From positions 310,001 to 374,000 of the forward strand of contig JAANOX010000087.1 of assembly GCA_020184695.1 (NCBI GenBank): a DNA stretch of 64,000 nt, in the 5' to 3' direction. The first letter of the stretch is position 1. Every line of letters starts with the position of its first letter. Of this stretch, positions 1 through 10,211 are shown piece by piece. A program made the translations under genes and the position numbers. Source of the DNA: Histomonas meleagridis 2922-C6/04-290x. Taxonomy: Eukaryota; Protista; Parabasalia. Below the pieces are notes generated by a model. The model ran no database searches. It had not been told where the DNA came from and saw only the letters and a program-made list of their open reading frames with translations.

Positions 1-2091
1 ATCTTCTTCCGCATTAAATGTAGTCAATCCAAATGAAAAACTATTAACTTGTGAAACATCTGTTTGTATTACATCATCTGTTTCTTTTTCGAGAGATTTA
101 TTATTTCGATTTTTATGATGATTATAAAGAATTAAAATTATAATAATTGCTATAATTATAAGAATGAAAATAACAACACAAATAACAATAATGATAATAA
201 TATTCGTTTCATTATTTTGTTGGTTATCTTTTTCTTTATATTGAAGAATAGTATAAAATTCGGAATAAAATTTAATATATGTCGAATAAATAATAATCGT
301 ATATTCATAATGAATTAAAAATGTGTTAACATAAATATGTGTCGATTCAATTTTTGTTAATGTCATCGAATTTATTATAAAACTTTTCGTTAATATCGTT
401 TGCGTAATTGAATTCGTATATGTAACAATAAATGAATGCGATAATGATGAAAATAATGGAAATGATTTCGTTATTATATTTATCAATGTCATTGACTGAC
501 TAAATGTATTCGACTTACTAAATGTATTTGATTTAGTGAATGTTCGTGTTGATGGTTCATTTGATAGAAAGAAATGCGATGTATTACTCAATGTTCCATA
601 GTTATCGACTGATGCAACATGAACATAAAGATCGCCATTCTTAATATTTGATATAGTTCCATTTGTTGTGTTGTAAGCGTTCGCGGTATCTTTCGTAATA
701 TTCGTTCTTTCATTTTCATCAATAATGTAATAATATTCTTTGACATATGTCGTAAGATTAAATTGAACTATTTGTGAATTATAATATGCATTTTCATTTA
801 TTATTTTACCAATAACTTTATAATTAATAATCTCTGTTACATAATTGTTATCTGTATTAATTTCAACTGATCGTTCACCTTCGATTCTTGTTATATTTGG
901 TGGATTTAGTTTATGTGGTTCAACTGAATTATCATATGAATTTTGAAGTGATGTTCGTTGATATAAATAACAAATAGTATTCATAAGAAGTTGTCGCTCA
1001 TATAATGTTGCACTTGCTAATGTATGTCCTGTTTGAATCATCGCTGTGTTTTTATATGTTGTCAAATAATAATGCGGATTCCCATATCTTAAATCTGAAT
1101 ATCCGTCAAGTTCCCATGAATATGATTCGGCTTCTGTAAAACTTCCTTCAGATCCAATAGCAAATTCACCGAGTTCAGCCCAAACATCACCAAATGCTGC
1201 ATTTGAAGTTGTGTGTGTTAGATTTATTGGTAAAACGCCACTTGGAATGTTGTACGGATAATTAGTAACTAAACCACGCATCGTGACTTTGATTTCATTG
1301 GAATAATGACCCCAACTTGAACTAAGTGTGCCTGGAGAGCAATAGCCAGAAACAACACATGGCTCTGTTCCAAGTTTAATTCCAAATTTGTCTGCAATTT
1401 GTCCATAGCCAAAAGAGTTCCCATAAAAATAACCAACAACATCATTACCATATAAAACACCATAACCAAGATCAATATATTGTGAAACACGTTGAACTGT
1501 TTCACTCTTCGGTTGACAATAAGGTCCGCCATTATTGTCCATAAATCCAACGACGGTGATATCATAATTTAACATACTTTCTAAACTCATCGATTCAAAA
1601 TCACTACTTGAGATTGGTGTAACACTTATGATTTTTTCTTGTGTATCAAAATTCATTCCTAAACTTTCAAAACTATAATTTACATCATTATATATATAAT
1701 AACCTCCTTCAACCCAAACTTTAAGAATAGCAGAAAGTGGAAGTGTAAAATTTATTGTTGGTTGTGAATTACATACAAAATTGACTTCAGTGCCTGCGTT
1801 TGGATACACATTAAGCACTTTGATACTTTTTGTTGTGTTGAAATCAAACGTACTGAGTGGTTTCCATTTTGAGCAGTTTCTTTGCGAAGAAACTGAATAT
1901 ATCAAATCTTGAATTGAATGAGATCCTGTCCAATTCAATAAAACATGATTATTTTCATATTTAACAGTGAGGTTGATTTCGTTTGCATTAATTACAACTA
2001 TAAAAAAATTCAGAATTATAATTGAAAACAAATGGCTTTTCTTAGTTACATGACTTCCTTTTTCTATTTTAATTATATTTTGAAGATACAT
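1..2091 (-). CDS. Type I membrane surface protein (IKVLNVYP / MIQTGH domain, Ser/Thr stalk, TM helix); runs off the left edge of the window
   Basis: ATG at 2091. The frame is still in register at position 1 (GAA GAA GAT = EED), and no stop was met in the segments I translated. Absent from the ORF track, probably because it has no stop inside the window. Inverted paralogue of 10212-12478. Confidence 0.8.
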   Translation of the reverse strand, partial: MYLQNIIKIEKGSHVTKKSHLFSIIILNFFIVVINANEINLTVKYENNHVLLNWTGSHSIQDLIYSVSSQRNCSKWKPLSTFDFNTTKSIKVLNVYPNAGTEVNFVCNSQPTINFTLPLSAILKVWVEGGYYIYNDVNYSFESLGMNFDTQEKIISVTPISSSDFESMSLESMLNYDITVVGFMDNNGGPYCQPKSETVQRVSQYIDLGYGVLYGNDVVGYFYGNSFGYGQIADKFGIKLGTEPCVVSGYCSPGTLSSSWGHYSNEIKVTMRGLVTNYPYNIPSGVLPINLTHTTSNAAFGDVWAELGEFAIGSEGSFTEAESYSWELDGYSDLRYGNPHYYLTTYKNTAMIQTGHTLASATLYERQLLMNTICYLYQRTSLQNSYDNSVEPHKLNPPNITRIEGERSVEINTDNNYVTEIINYKVIGKIINENAYYNSQIVQFNLTTYVKEYYYIIDENERTNITKDTANAYNTTNGTISNIKNGDLYVHVASVDNYGTLSNTSHFFLSNEPSTRTFTKSNTFSKSNTFSQSMTLINIITKSFPLFSSLSHSFIVTYTNSITQTILTKSFIINSMTLTKIESTHIYVNTFLIHYEYTIIIYSTYIKFYSEFYTILQYKEKDNQQNNETNIIIIIVICVVIFILIIIAIIIILILYNHHKNRNNKSLEKETDDVIQTDVSQVNSFSFGLTTFNAEED
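490..543 (-). repeat. 18-nt coding tandem repeat (TFxKSN), 3 units
   Basis: Reads TFTKSN TFSKSN TFSQSM; the paralogue at 11762-11941 has 10 units. Confidence 0.85.
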
Positions 2092-2711
2092 GGGATGCTC
2101 CCTTGATGGATAAACAGATTTGTGGTTATCTATTGTTATTTCAATTATATTGAATCTTAAAGCCGGTGAAATAAAATTGGACCACTCCAAAATGTTCTGC
2201 AAAGTTGAACCAATTACATAAAAGTGACTTAATGACATGTTATAAGAAGATTTAATCGAATCGATCTTTAGATGTAATCAAAGTAGAGATTTTAACGGTC
2301 ACCACAAACGTTCTCTCATTCAAAAGCATTTCAGAGAACGTTTGTTTCCGCACTTTTCGTAAAACAATCAAATTTAAGTCGGCTTAAGGATTGAACCGAA
2401 GTTATCATTCTTATCCAAAAAGTGCCTATATCCATTCAAAAAGTGTTCTTGTTTTACCCTCTTCCACAAAATTGAAAGTGTCAGAACGGTTTTTTGCAGA
2501 CATCAAACGTCAATATCTTCACACACTTCATAAATTACACACTATTTCGTAATTGACTTTCGTTCCTATCAGCCTCATTCAAAACCGCATTGAACCTGAA
2601 CGTACATTGGGCGCAGGTTCCAAACACTCGTTATGGGACAAGATTCACTGGCTACTATTGAAACCTATCAAATTCAGCGGCTTTTCAGTTCACCTCACTT
2701 CATTTGGACAA

Positions 2712-4478
2712 ATGTCTCTCACCTTCGAGAAGATCATCCCACCGCATCCAGTGCCACGCCGTGCCCTTGGCTTTTTCATCGGCTTCAACGAAAGGCTCAA
2801 TCGTATTGCCTACGGTCTTGACAACATTGTCTATCTTAGAGGGCTCACAAACATATTCGACTGCGACGTCTACAACCAACATCAAGCGAAGATTACCATC
2901 GCTTCTTATTCACCAACAGGTCGTTACCTCGCGTCAGCTGATGAAGAAGGACATCTTCGTGTATGGGCACCAACCAAACAACAAACATTAACAATCGAAA
3001 CACGTCCAATCGCCGGAGCTATCAATGACCTTTCATGGACAGAAGACAATGAGCGTCTCGCTGTTGTTGGTAAAGGTGCTAAAAGTTATGGATGCGTCAT
3101 CAACGCTACAAATGGTTCTTCTCTTGGAGAAGTTATGGGACATACACAACCTGTGAACACATGCGCTGTTCGTGCACAAAGACCATTCTCATTAGTTACA
3201 GCTGGTGACGACTCACAACACGTATTCTACAAAGGACCTCCTTTCAAGTTCCACCACACAGGTCGTGATCATGAGAAGTTCATTCTTTGCGCTCGTTATT
3301 CACCAGATGGCTCAGTATATGCTACTACTGGATTAGATGGTCGCGTTGTCATTTATGATGGACGTACTGGCGATCTTGTTAAGGTACATCAACTTAACTC
3401 AGGTATTTGCTGCATCTCATTCTCGCCAGATTCCAAGAATATCTTATGCGCTATGATGGATGGTGCTGCTAGGGTTATCACCGTAGCTGATGGTACCGTC
3501 ACTAAGGAATATAAGATTGGTGACGAAGTTTACCAACAACAACAAGGCTGCTTATGGACTAAGACAACAATGTTATCAATATCACTTAATGGTGATTTCA
3601 ACTTCCTTAACGAAGATGGTTCAATCCGTACCGAAATCGGCCATACAGCTCCAATCTCAGCAGTTACAAAGATTAAAGATGGATATGTATCTGGTGATAA
3701 CAATGGCCGTGTATTATTCTGGAAATATAACGAATTATCTTACGCTTGTTTCTGCCAAGAAGCTGATGGAGTTCCAGTTAATGGTATTGCTACAATATCA
3801 GACGATAAAGTAGTCATCACACGTGCAGATGGCTTAATGACAATCCTTAATACTAATGACGCAAGTGTTGTTAAGACAATCCCTGTTTCTAAGAAGAGCA
3901 CTGGTAATGTTGTCGCACATGGTGATTTAATTGTTACATTCTCTGAAAAGAATTTAATCATTGTTAATGGTGGTGAAGCTAAAACAATTCAACTTTCTTA
4001 TGTACCAACTTATGTTGCCATTGATAATGATGGTAAAGAAATTGCTGTTGGTGGCGAAGATAAATTAATCCACTTACTTACACCTGATGGTAATGAAACT
4101 GGTAAAATCACCGGATTATTCAAGGCTTGTGCTGCTATTGCTTATTCCCCAGATAATACTATGATCGCTGCTACAAGTGAAAATAGAGAAATTATGATTT
4201 GGAAGAGAGGTGATTATGCTAACCCATTAATTGATGGTTGGAGATTCCATTCATTAGCTATCAATAAGATCATTTGGATTGATAATGGTAACTTAATCAC
4301 TTTATCTAAGGATCGTTCAATTAGAATGTGGTCTATGTCTAAGAGAAGGAAATATGTCGAAGCTCCTCGTGCTCATGAACAATCAATTACAGATGGTTTC
4401 TTAGTTGATGATTCAACCCTTTTGACTGTTGGTCTTGATGGATGCATCCGCACATGGAAGTTCCAGAAAATCGAATAA
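2712..4478 (+). CDS. WDR1: WD40-repeat actin-interacting protein 1 (AIP1/WDR1)
   Basis: Motifs YSPTGRYLASAD, GHTQPVN, FYKGPPFKF, RYSPDG and WRFHSLAIN match AIP1. Likely start is ATG 2712 (MSLTF), directly after an Inr-like TCACT/TCATT; the track start at 2553 is a TTG. Confidence 0.9.
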   Translation: MSLTFEKIIPPHPVPRRALGFFIGFNERLNRIAYGLDNIVYLRGLTNIFDCDVYNQHQAKITIASYSPTGRYLASADEEGHLRVWAPTKQQTLTIETRPIAGAINDLSWTEDNERLAVVGKGAKSYGCVINATNGSSLGEVMGHTQPVNTCAVRAQRPFSLVTAGDDSQHVFYKGPPFKFHHTGRDHEKFILCARYSPDGSVYATTGLDGRVVIYDGRTGDLVKVHQLNSGICCISFSPDSKNILCAMMDGAARVITVADGTVTKEYKIGDEVYQQQQGCLWTKTTMLSISLNGDFNFLNEDGSIRTEIGHTAPISAVTKIKDGYVSGDNNGRVLFWKYNELSYACFCQEADGVPVNGIATISDDKVVITRADGLMTILNTNDASVVKTIPVSKKSTGNVVAHGDLIVTFSEKNLIIVNGGEAKTIQLSYVPTYVAIDNDGKEIAVGGEDKLIHLLTPDGNETGKITGLFKACAAIAYSPDNTMIAATSENREIMIWKRGDYANPLIDGWRFHSLAINKIIWIDNGNLITLSKDRSIRMWSMSKRRKYVEAPRAHEQSITDGFLVDDSTLLTVGLDGCIRTWKFQKIE

Positions 4479-4565
4479 AGCCATTTCATTTCATCAATTT
4501 TGACATCAATTTTTTTTTTGATGTGCGTCACTTTTCGTACGTTTATTTAATGTGAGTTAAAAAAA

Positions 4566-5021
4566 ATGGAAAAAGAAACAGAACATAATTTTGTGGAACT
4601 TCCGAGCGATTTGGATGATGAAATAGGATTTGCGCCAATAATTGAAGGCGCGATTGAAACTCAAAGAGGAGTTTTGAATGCAAAGAAAAATCAATACTAC
4701 TCAGAATCGAAAATATCGTTCGAAAACGATAACGAAATAGATTGCTTACTAGCATCGATCTTATGTGAACAACATGGATATGTGAATCAAAATATTAATA
4801 AGCTTATTAAAAAAATAGGTTTTGAAGGTATTAATAATTCAATAGAAACTGCAAGGAATCTAAGAAATGAACCACCAACAAGTGAAGAAGTATCATGTTT
4901 GGAAATAGAATTATTACAAAATCAAACAGATTTTATTTATAATCATCAAATACCTGAATTGGAAGCAGAAATACGAAAAATAGAGGAAATGCACCAAATT
5001 AAGAAATTTGATAATGATTGA
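4566..5021 (+). CDS. Hypothetical protein, 151 aa
   Basis: ATG-initiated ORF between two genes on the same strand; no motif recognised. Confidence 0.6.
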   Translation: MEKETEHNFVELPSDLDDEIGFAPIIEGAIETQRGVLNAKKNQYYSESKISFENDNEIDCLLASILCEQHGYVNQNINKLIKKIGFEGINNSIETARNLRNEPPTSEEVSCLEIELLQNQTDFIYNHQIPELEAEIRKIEEMHQIKKFDND

Positions 5022-5182
5022 AAAAGATTTAGCAATATACCGATAATAAATCTAACATGAAAAATGTACTTGTTAATAAAGAATTTTATTTTTGTATCTA
5101 ATATTATTTCAGGAATATTTGATGACTAATTAATTAGAACTTATTTTGAATAACGATCAACATATAAAAAAGTGGCAACAAA

Positions 5183-8100
5183 ATGCTGTTCTTGATTTGT
5201 CTGATTACTTCAAGTATTTCAACATTTAGAGATGATCAAGCAGTATCACTTTCTATTGTTGCTCCATGGGGAAACGTATCTTTATTCCATCAAATTTATG
5301 CATTTTTAGTTCGTTATTCTGCTGAATATGCAAAAGAGTTTCTTATGTTTGGAGCTCAAAATATTGAAAAAATAGATGACGAAAAATTAGTTTGGAAATC
5401 TGTAGAAAAAATAATTCCATATTGGTTGAAACCAATTCTTAAAACAAATATTGAGGTTGGATCACAAGTACCAAGAGCAATTTTTAATGGTGATGATATT
5501 GGATCCTGTAAATCCAGTACTTTTAGGATTTATGAAACAGATTTAGTTCAAGGAAATCCGACTACAATAACATGTGTTAATCTACGAACAGATTCAAAAA
5601 AGATACTTAATCTTTTGAAGTCAGATAAATCATATGCTATACGACTTATTCCAGATAAGATTGATCAAAAATCCAATGTTAGAGGTTATGGAATCGAAAT
5701 GCGCCCATTCAAATACTCTATGGAATATGGTGTGAAAGATAGTTTTTCTGAAGATAAAGAATCAGCTGAACCTATTGGCATTATTGATGAAACTCAAAAA
5801 CATCTTCCTGAAGACATTGATGATAATATATCGAACCTTAATCTTACTAACTTTGATGCAAAATTTACTCATTATCTTGGAACTCAAAATATCCCACTTC
5901 CATCAATTATGAGAGATATTTCAGAGAATTGGCCACTTTATATGAAAGCTATTTCCACTCAAGAAATACCACCAGTTAATGAATATGAGAAGTTTCGTTA
6001 TTATGTCGATGAAGGAGCATCATTTTCCATCCTTAACGGTCGCGTTTTACCCAAAAGTGACATGGATACGTTTACTTTTCTAGATATTTTAGATGAAGAA
6101 TCTATTTTACGAAATGTGCTTCAACTTAAATTTAATTTAAGTGATCGTCAAATCAACACATTTGTTTATTCTGAATTACCTAACACATCAAATATTTTCT
6201 TTGATTATAATTCTAATTGTATTGATTTTTATAATGACATTGAAACTGAAAAGTTTTATTCCAAATGGGATTTAAACATTGAAAAACTTCATAATGCAAA
6301 AACAGTAATGCCACAAATCCGTAAGAATCTTGTTAATATAATTTTATATATTGATCCATCAACACCAAAAGGAATTGTCCAATTATTTAGTGCCGTTATA
6401 TTAGTACGTAATGGATTTCCAATTCGTGTTGGCCTTGTTCCATATTTTAATTTGTGTGATACACTTTCAAGGAAAATTGCGTTTGCATATCATTCATTAG
6501 CGCAAGTTAATGTTGAAGCCGCAATTAACTTTTTAATACGTTCATATAATGGCCATGAAACAGATGAAATCACACATTATCCAATACGATTTAATGAGAC
6601 AATATTTGCTAATTCATATGAAATATTTGCTGCACATTATAAACTTAAAACTTGGAATAACTTAAATGAACATTTCTCATTAAATTCCGAAGTTTTTATG
6701 CGCATTAAAAGAAATACAAATTATTTAAAACGTGTCGGAATTAAAATCGGTTCTGTTTCTATTAATGGAGAAATTATTAAAAAAGCTCCAAAGAGTCCAC
6801 ATAAGTATTTTAGATTGATATCGAATACTTATGATAAAATATTATTTGCGTTTTCGAAATTAAATTTAAATTATATTCCAAACGAATCAATTTTAAATAT
6901 ATATAAAAAAGTTTTCCCTGTGATTAAAAAAATCGATAATGAAATATTTAATAATAATATTGAAAGTATTGATTTAATTAAATTACCAATGGATAAACAA
7001 ATGAAATTTATTAATGAATTAAACAATTCGTTACAATATAAAACAAATTCATCAAATTATTTGTTAATTTATAATAATAATACTAATGATTTAAATGTCG
7101 CATTAAAATATGCAAAGAAATTTAATTATAATATAGCTATTAATCCTTCAATTACTTCTTTTAATATAAAAAACAATAAATTTCCAATGATTATAATTAA
7201 TGGCCGAATTTTAAACAAATTTAATTTTTCCGATAAAACAAAATTCAAATATTTAGAAGTTTACAATAACCGTTTTGTATCGTCTTTCACATCACAATTC
7301 ACTAAATCTAAATTACATGGATTTTATATTAATACGATTATAAATAATTGGAGAATGAATGGTATTAAACGTAAGTATGTAGATCCCGCAATTTATACAT
7401 TGAAAAATCCATTGATTTATAATACTAATAATATATTAACATCGAAAATGATTTGGATGATTGCAATTGATCCATTTTCAAGAGAGTTTAGAAGACTTTC
7501 CACATTAATCAAGTATATAAATGATGAGAAAGTTTTAAATTTAAAGCTTTTATTAAATCCATCATCTGATATATCAATACATATGACAACATTTTCATCT
7601 TTTTATCGATATTCATTAACAACAGATCAAACGATATTTACTAAGTTAAATGATACGACAACATATTCATCAATGATCGATATACCTAATTCATGGCAAG
7701 TTGAATCATTAATCTCAAGTTTTGATTTAGATAACATTTTATTAAAAGAACTTTCGCCTAAAGTTCATTCTGCGGAATATATATTAACAAATATAATTGT
7801 AGAAGGACATTGTTTAATCGAGAATACAAACAAAGCTGCAAAAGGATTAAAACTTAAAATAATTCCATCGAAAATATTTCATAACTCATATTATCAAAAC
7901 CATTATTTAAACCCTTCCGAAACATTTGTGATGAAAGATTTCGCATATTTCCAATTAATGGGTACAATTGGAGTGAATGAAATTACAAATGGAAATGAAA
8001 TGAATGAATTAATCGAAGTTAATACTTATGCTTCAAGAAGACATAGAATAGAAGTGAAAGAAAACAAAGCTAAAACGTTCATAAAAGCTAAGAACTCTTC

Positions 8101-8950
8101 GAGAGTCGATATATTCGCAGTGGCTAGTGGCCATTTATACGAAAGATTAATGAAAATTATGATGTTATCGGTGAAAAGACAAACAAATTCATCCGTCACT
8201 TTTTGGATTTTGAATAATTTCTTGTCGCCTCAATTCAAGGCGGTTTTGCATCAAATGGCCGATAGATACGGTTTTAAGTACGTGCTCGTTAAGTATAAAT
8301 GGCCCTATTGGATTAACAAGCAAGTCGAAAAACAAAGAATAATTTGGGGTAATAAGATTTTGTTCCTAGACGTGTTGTTCCCACCTGAGTTAGATAGAGT
8401 TATTTACGTAGATTCAGATCAAATAGTTAGAACAGATATGAACGAATTAATGAAAATGGATTTCAATGGCGCACCTTATGCATTTACACCTTTCTGTGAT
8501 TCAAGACCTGAAACAGAACCATTCAGATTTTGGAAAAATGGATTTTGGGCAAATCATTTAGGTAATAAGAAATACCATATTTCTGCTTTATTTGCAATAG
8601 ACTTAAAAAGGTTTAGAGAAATGGGAGCTGCTGATGTCCTTAGACATTATTACCAGAGCTTATCATTAGATAAAGATTCTTTGGCTAATCTTGATCAAGA
8701 TTTGCCAAATTATGTACAATCAATTATACCAATATATTCGCTCCAACAGAACTGGCTATGGTGTGAAACATGGTGTAGCGATGAAACAATGGATCAAGCG
8801 AAGACAATTGATTTATGTAATAACCCATACACAAAGATACCAAAATTAATGATAGCACAAAAGAGAGTTAAGGAATGGCCAGGTCTTGATGAGGAAGCAA
8901 GGAAGATAAAGACTGATGATGATACATTCAAAAAATTCTTTTTTGTTTAA
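5183..8950 (+). CDS. UGGT: UDP-glucose:glycoprotein glucosyltransferase (GT24 C-terminal domain)
   Basis: Signal peptide, then C-terminal motifs IFAVASGHLYER, IWGNKILFLDVLFP, YVDSDQIVR, NLDQDLPN and WLWCETWC typical of UGGT/Kre5. Confidence 0.95.
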   Translation: MLFLICLITSSISTFRDDQAVSLSIVAPWGNVSLFHQIYAFLVRYSAEYAKEFLMFGAQNIEKIDDEKLVWKSVEKIIPYWLKPILKTNIEVGSQVPRAIFNGDDIGSCKSSTFRIYETDLVQGNPTTITCVNLRTDSKKILNLLKSDKSYAIRLIPDKIDQKSNVRGYGIEMRPFKYSMEYGVKDSFSEDKESAEPIGIIDETQKHLPEDIDDNISNLNLTNFDAKFTHYLGTQNIPLPSIMRDISENWPLYMKAISTQEIPPVNEYEKFRYYVDEGASFSILNGRVLPKSDMDTFTFLDILDEESILRNVLQLKFNLSDRQINTFVYSELPNTSNIFFDYNSNCIDFYNDIETEKFYSKWDLNIEKLHNAKTVMPQIRKNLVNIILYIDPSTPKGIVQLFSAVILVRNGFPIRVGLVPYFNLCDTLSRKIAFAYHSLAQVNVEAAINFLIRSYNGHETDEITHYPIRFNETIFANSYEIFAAHYKLKTWNNLNEHFSLNSEVFMRIKRNTNYLKRVGIKIGSVSINGEIIKKAPKSPHKYFRLISNTYDKILFAFSKLNLNYIPNESILNIYKKVFPVIKKIDNEIFNNNIESIDLIKLPMDKQMKFINELNNSLQYKTNSSNYLLIYNNNTNDLNVALKYAKKFNYNIAINPSITSFNIKNNKFPMIIINGRILNKFNFSDKTKFKYLEVYNNRFVSSFTSQFTKSKLHGFYINTIINNWRMNGIKRKYVDPAIYTLKNPLIYNTNNILTSKMIWMIAIDPFSREFRRLSTLIKYINDEKVLNLKLLLNPSSDISIHMTTFSSFYRYSLTTDQTIFTKLNDTTTYSSMIDIPNSWQVESLISSFDLDNILLKELSPKVHSAEYILTNIIVEGHCLIENTNKAAKGLKLKIIPSKIFHNSYYQNHYLNPSETFVMKDFAYFQLMGTIGVNEITNGNEMNELIEVNTYASRRHRIEVKENKAKTFIKAKNSSRVDIFAVASGHLYERLMKIMMLSVKRQTNSSVTFWILNNFLSPQFKAVLHQMADRYGFKYVLVKYKWPYWINKQVEKQRIIWGNKILFLDVLFPPELDRVIYVDSDQIVRTDMNELMKMDFNGAPYAFTPFCDSRPETEPFRFWKNGFWANHLGNKKYHISALFAIDLKRFREMGAADVLRHYYQSLSLDKDSLANLDQDLPNYVQSIIPIYSLQQNWLWCETWCSDETMDQAKTIDLCNNPYTKIPKLMIAQKRVKEWPGLDEEARKIKTDDDTFKKFFFV

Positions 8951-9334
8951 AAATGAATGAATTGGATCAATGTTTGGCAAGAATTGATTCTGTTGATATG
9001 TTATTTGCATATAAATATAATTTTCAATGAAGAGAATATTATCAGATTTTTTTTCAACTTTTGTAAAAACTTCTTACTTTTGGTTCATTATGCTCTTTTT
9101 TAAATAAATTATATGTTTTCCAAATATTATGCAATCACATCCGCTGATTTGTTTTGGGGAATCACAACCGAAAAAACTTTTTCTAATACACAGTGTATAA
9201 TTTGAAAGCATCGCAGTTGGAGGGCCTCTCAAATTTGAGAAGTTTCCAATTCCCCCAGTCAATTTTTCAAACAATATTGCGGTTGATTTGAAAAGCTCAT
9301 ATTCAATTAACAGTCACCCTACAACAAAAATTTA

Positions 9335-9886
9335 ATGGACAAAAAGAGAAAGCTTTTTTCAGTAGAAGAAGATGCACTCTTAAAATATCTTGTTTCACAA
9401 TATGGTACTCAAGACTTTAAGCGCATAGCTTCATTTATGCCTCAAAGAACTGTCAGACAAGTTCGTGAAAGATATAGGAATTTTTTATCGCCAGGTATTG
9501 TTAATGGGCCTTGGTCAGCAGAAGAAGATGCGCTTCTTGTTAAAAAATATCTTGAACTTGGGAAAAAATGGACAAAAATATCAGCTTTTTTCCCTTCAAG
9601 ATCAGATGTTAATATAAAGAATAGATGGCACTCTCTTTCCCAAAGAAGTGGATTTCTTAACAATAGCATAGAGAATAACACAAAAACTCAACAAACAAAT
9701 AAACCAGATTCAAATGACAATGCAAACAAAAAAGAAACAAAGCAAGGTCACAGTTCTAATCAAAAAACATCACCAGAACCTGTTCTTCCAAGCAACTATG
9801 AAAGAGATGATGGGGAAAATAATATTGAAATAAGCCAAGCCCTAATCGAAAGCGAACTAGAATTTTCTTTAAATGGTTGGTTTTAA
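9335..9886 (+). CDS. R2R3 Myb-like DNA-binding protein
   Basis: Two Myb repeats (FSVEEDALL...RQVRERY; WSAEEDALL...WTKIS...IKNRW); Myb is an expanded family in trichomonads. Confidence 0.93.
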   Translation: MDKKRKLFSVEEDALLKYLVSQYGTQDFKRIASFMPQRTVRQVRERYRNFLSPGIVNGPWSAEEDALLVKKYLELGKKWTKISAFFPSRSDVNIKNRWHSLSQRSGFLNNSIENNTKTQQTNKPDSNDNANKKETKQGHSSNQKTSPEPVLPSNYERDDGENNIEISQALIESELEFSLNGWF

Positions 9887-10211
9887 AGAGTTCTTAACAT
9901 TACATGTCGAAATAAAGGAATTCCACCATGCCTTTTTCGGCTATCGTTTTAGTATTGAAAAAGTTACAAGTGATTCTTCAAAAAGTTTCGTTTCATGAGG
10001 CAAAATTTTTCTTTGGACGTTTGCACTTTAATTTATTTTTTGTATTAAAGAACGTTAATGTTAGCCGTTTAAATCCGCACTTTTCCACTAAACTTGTTGA
10101 TTTTGGAGTGGTCCAATTTTATGCCTCAATGTTTTAACAGCTTTAAAATTCAATATAATTGAAATAACAATAGATAACCATAAACCTGTTTATCCATCAA
10201 GGGAGCATTCC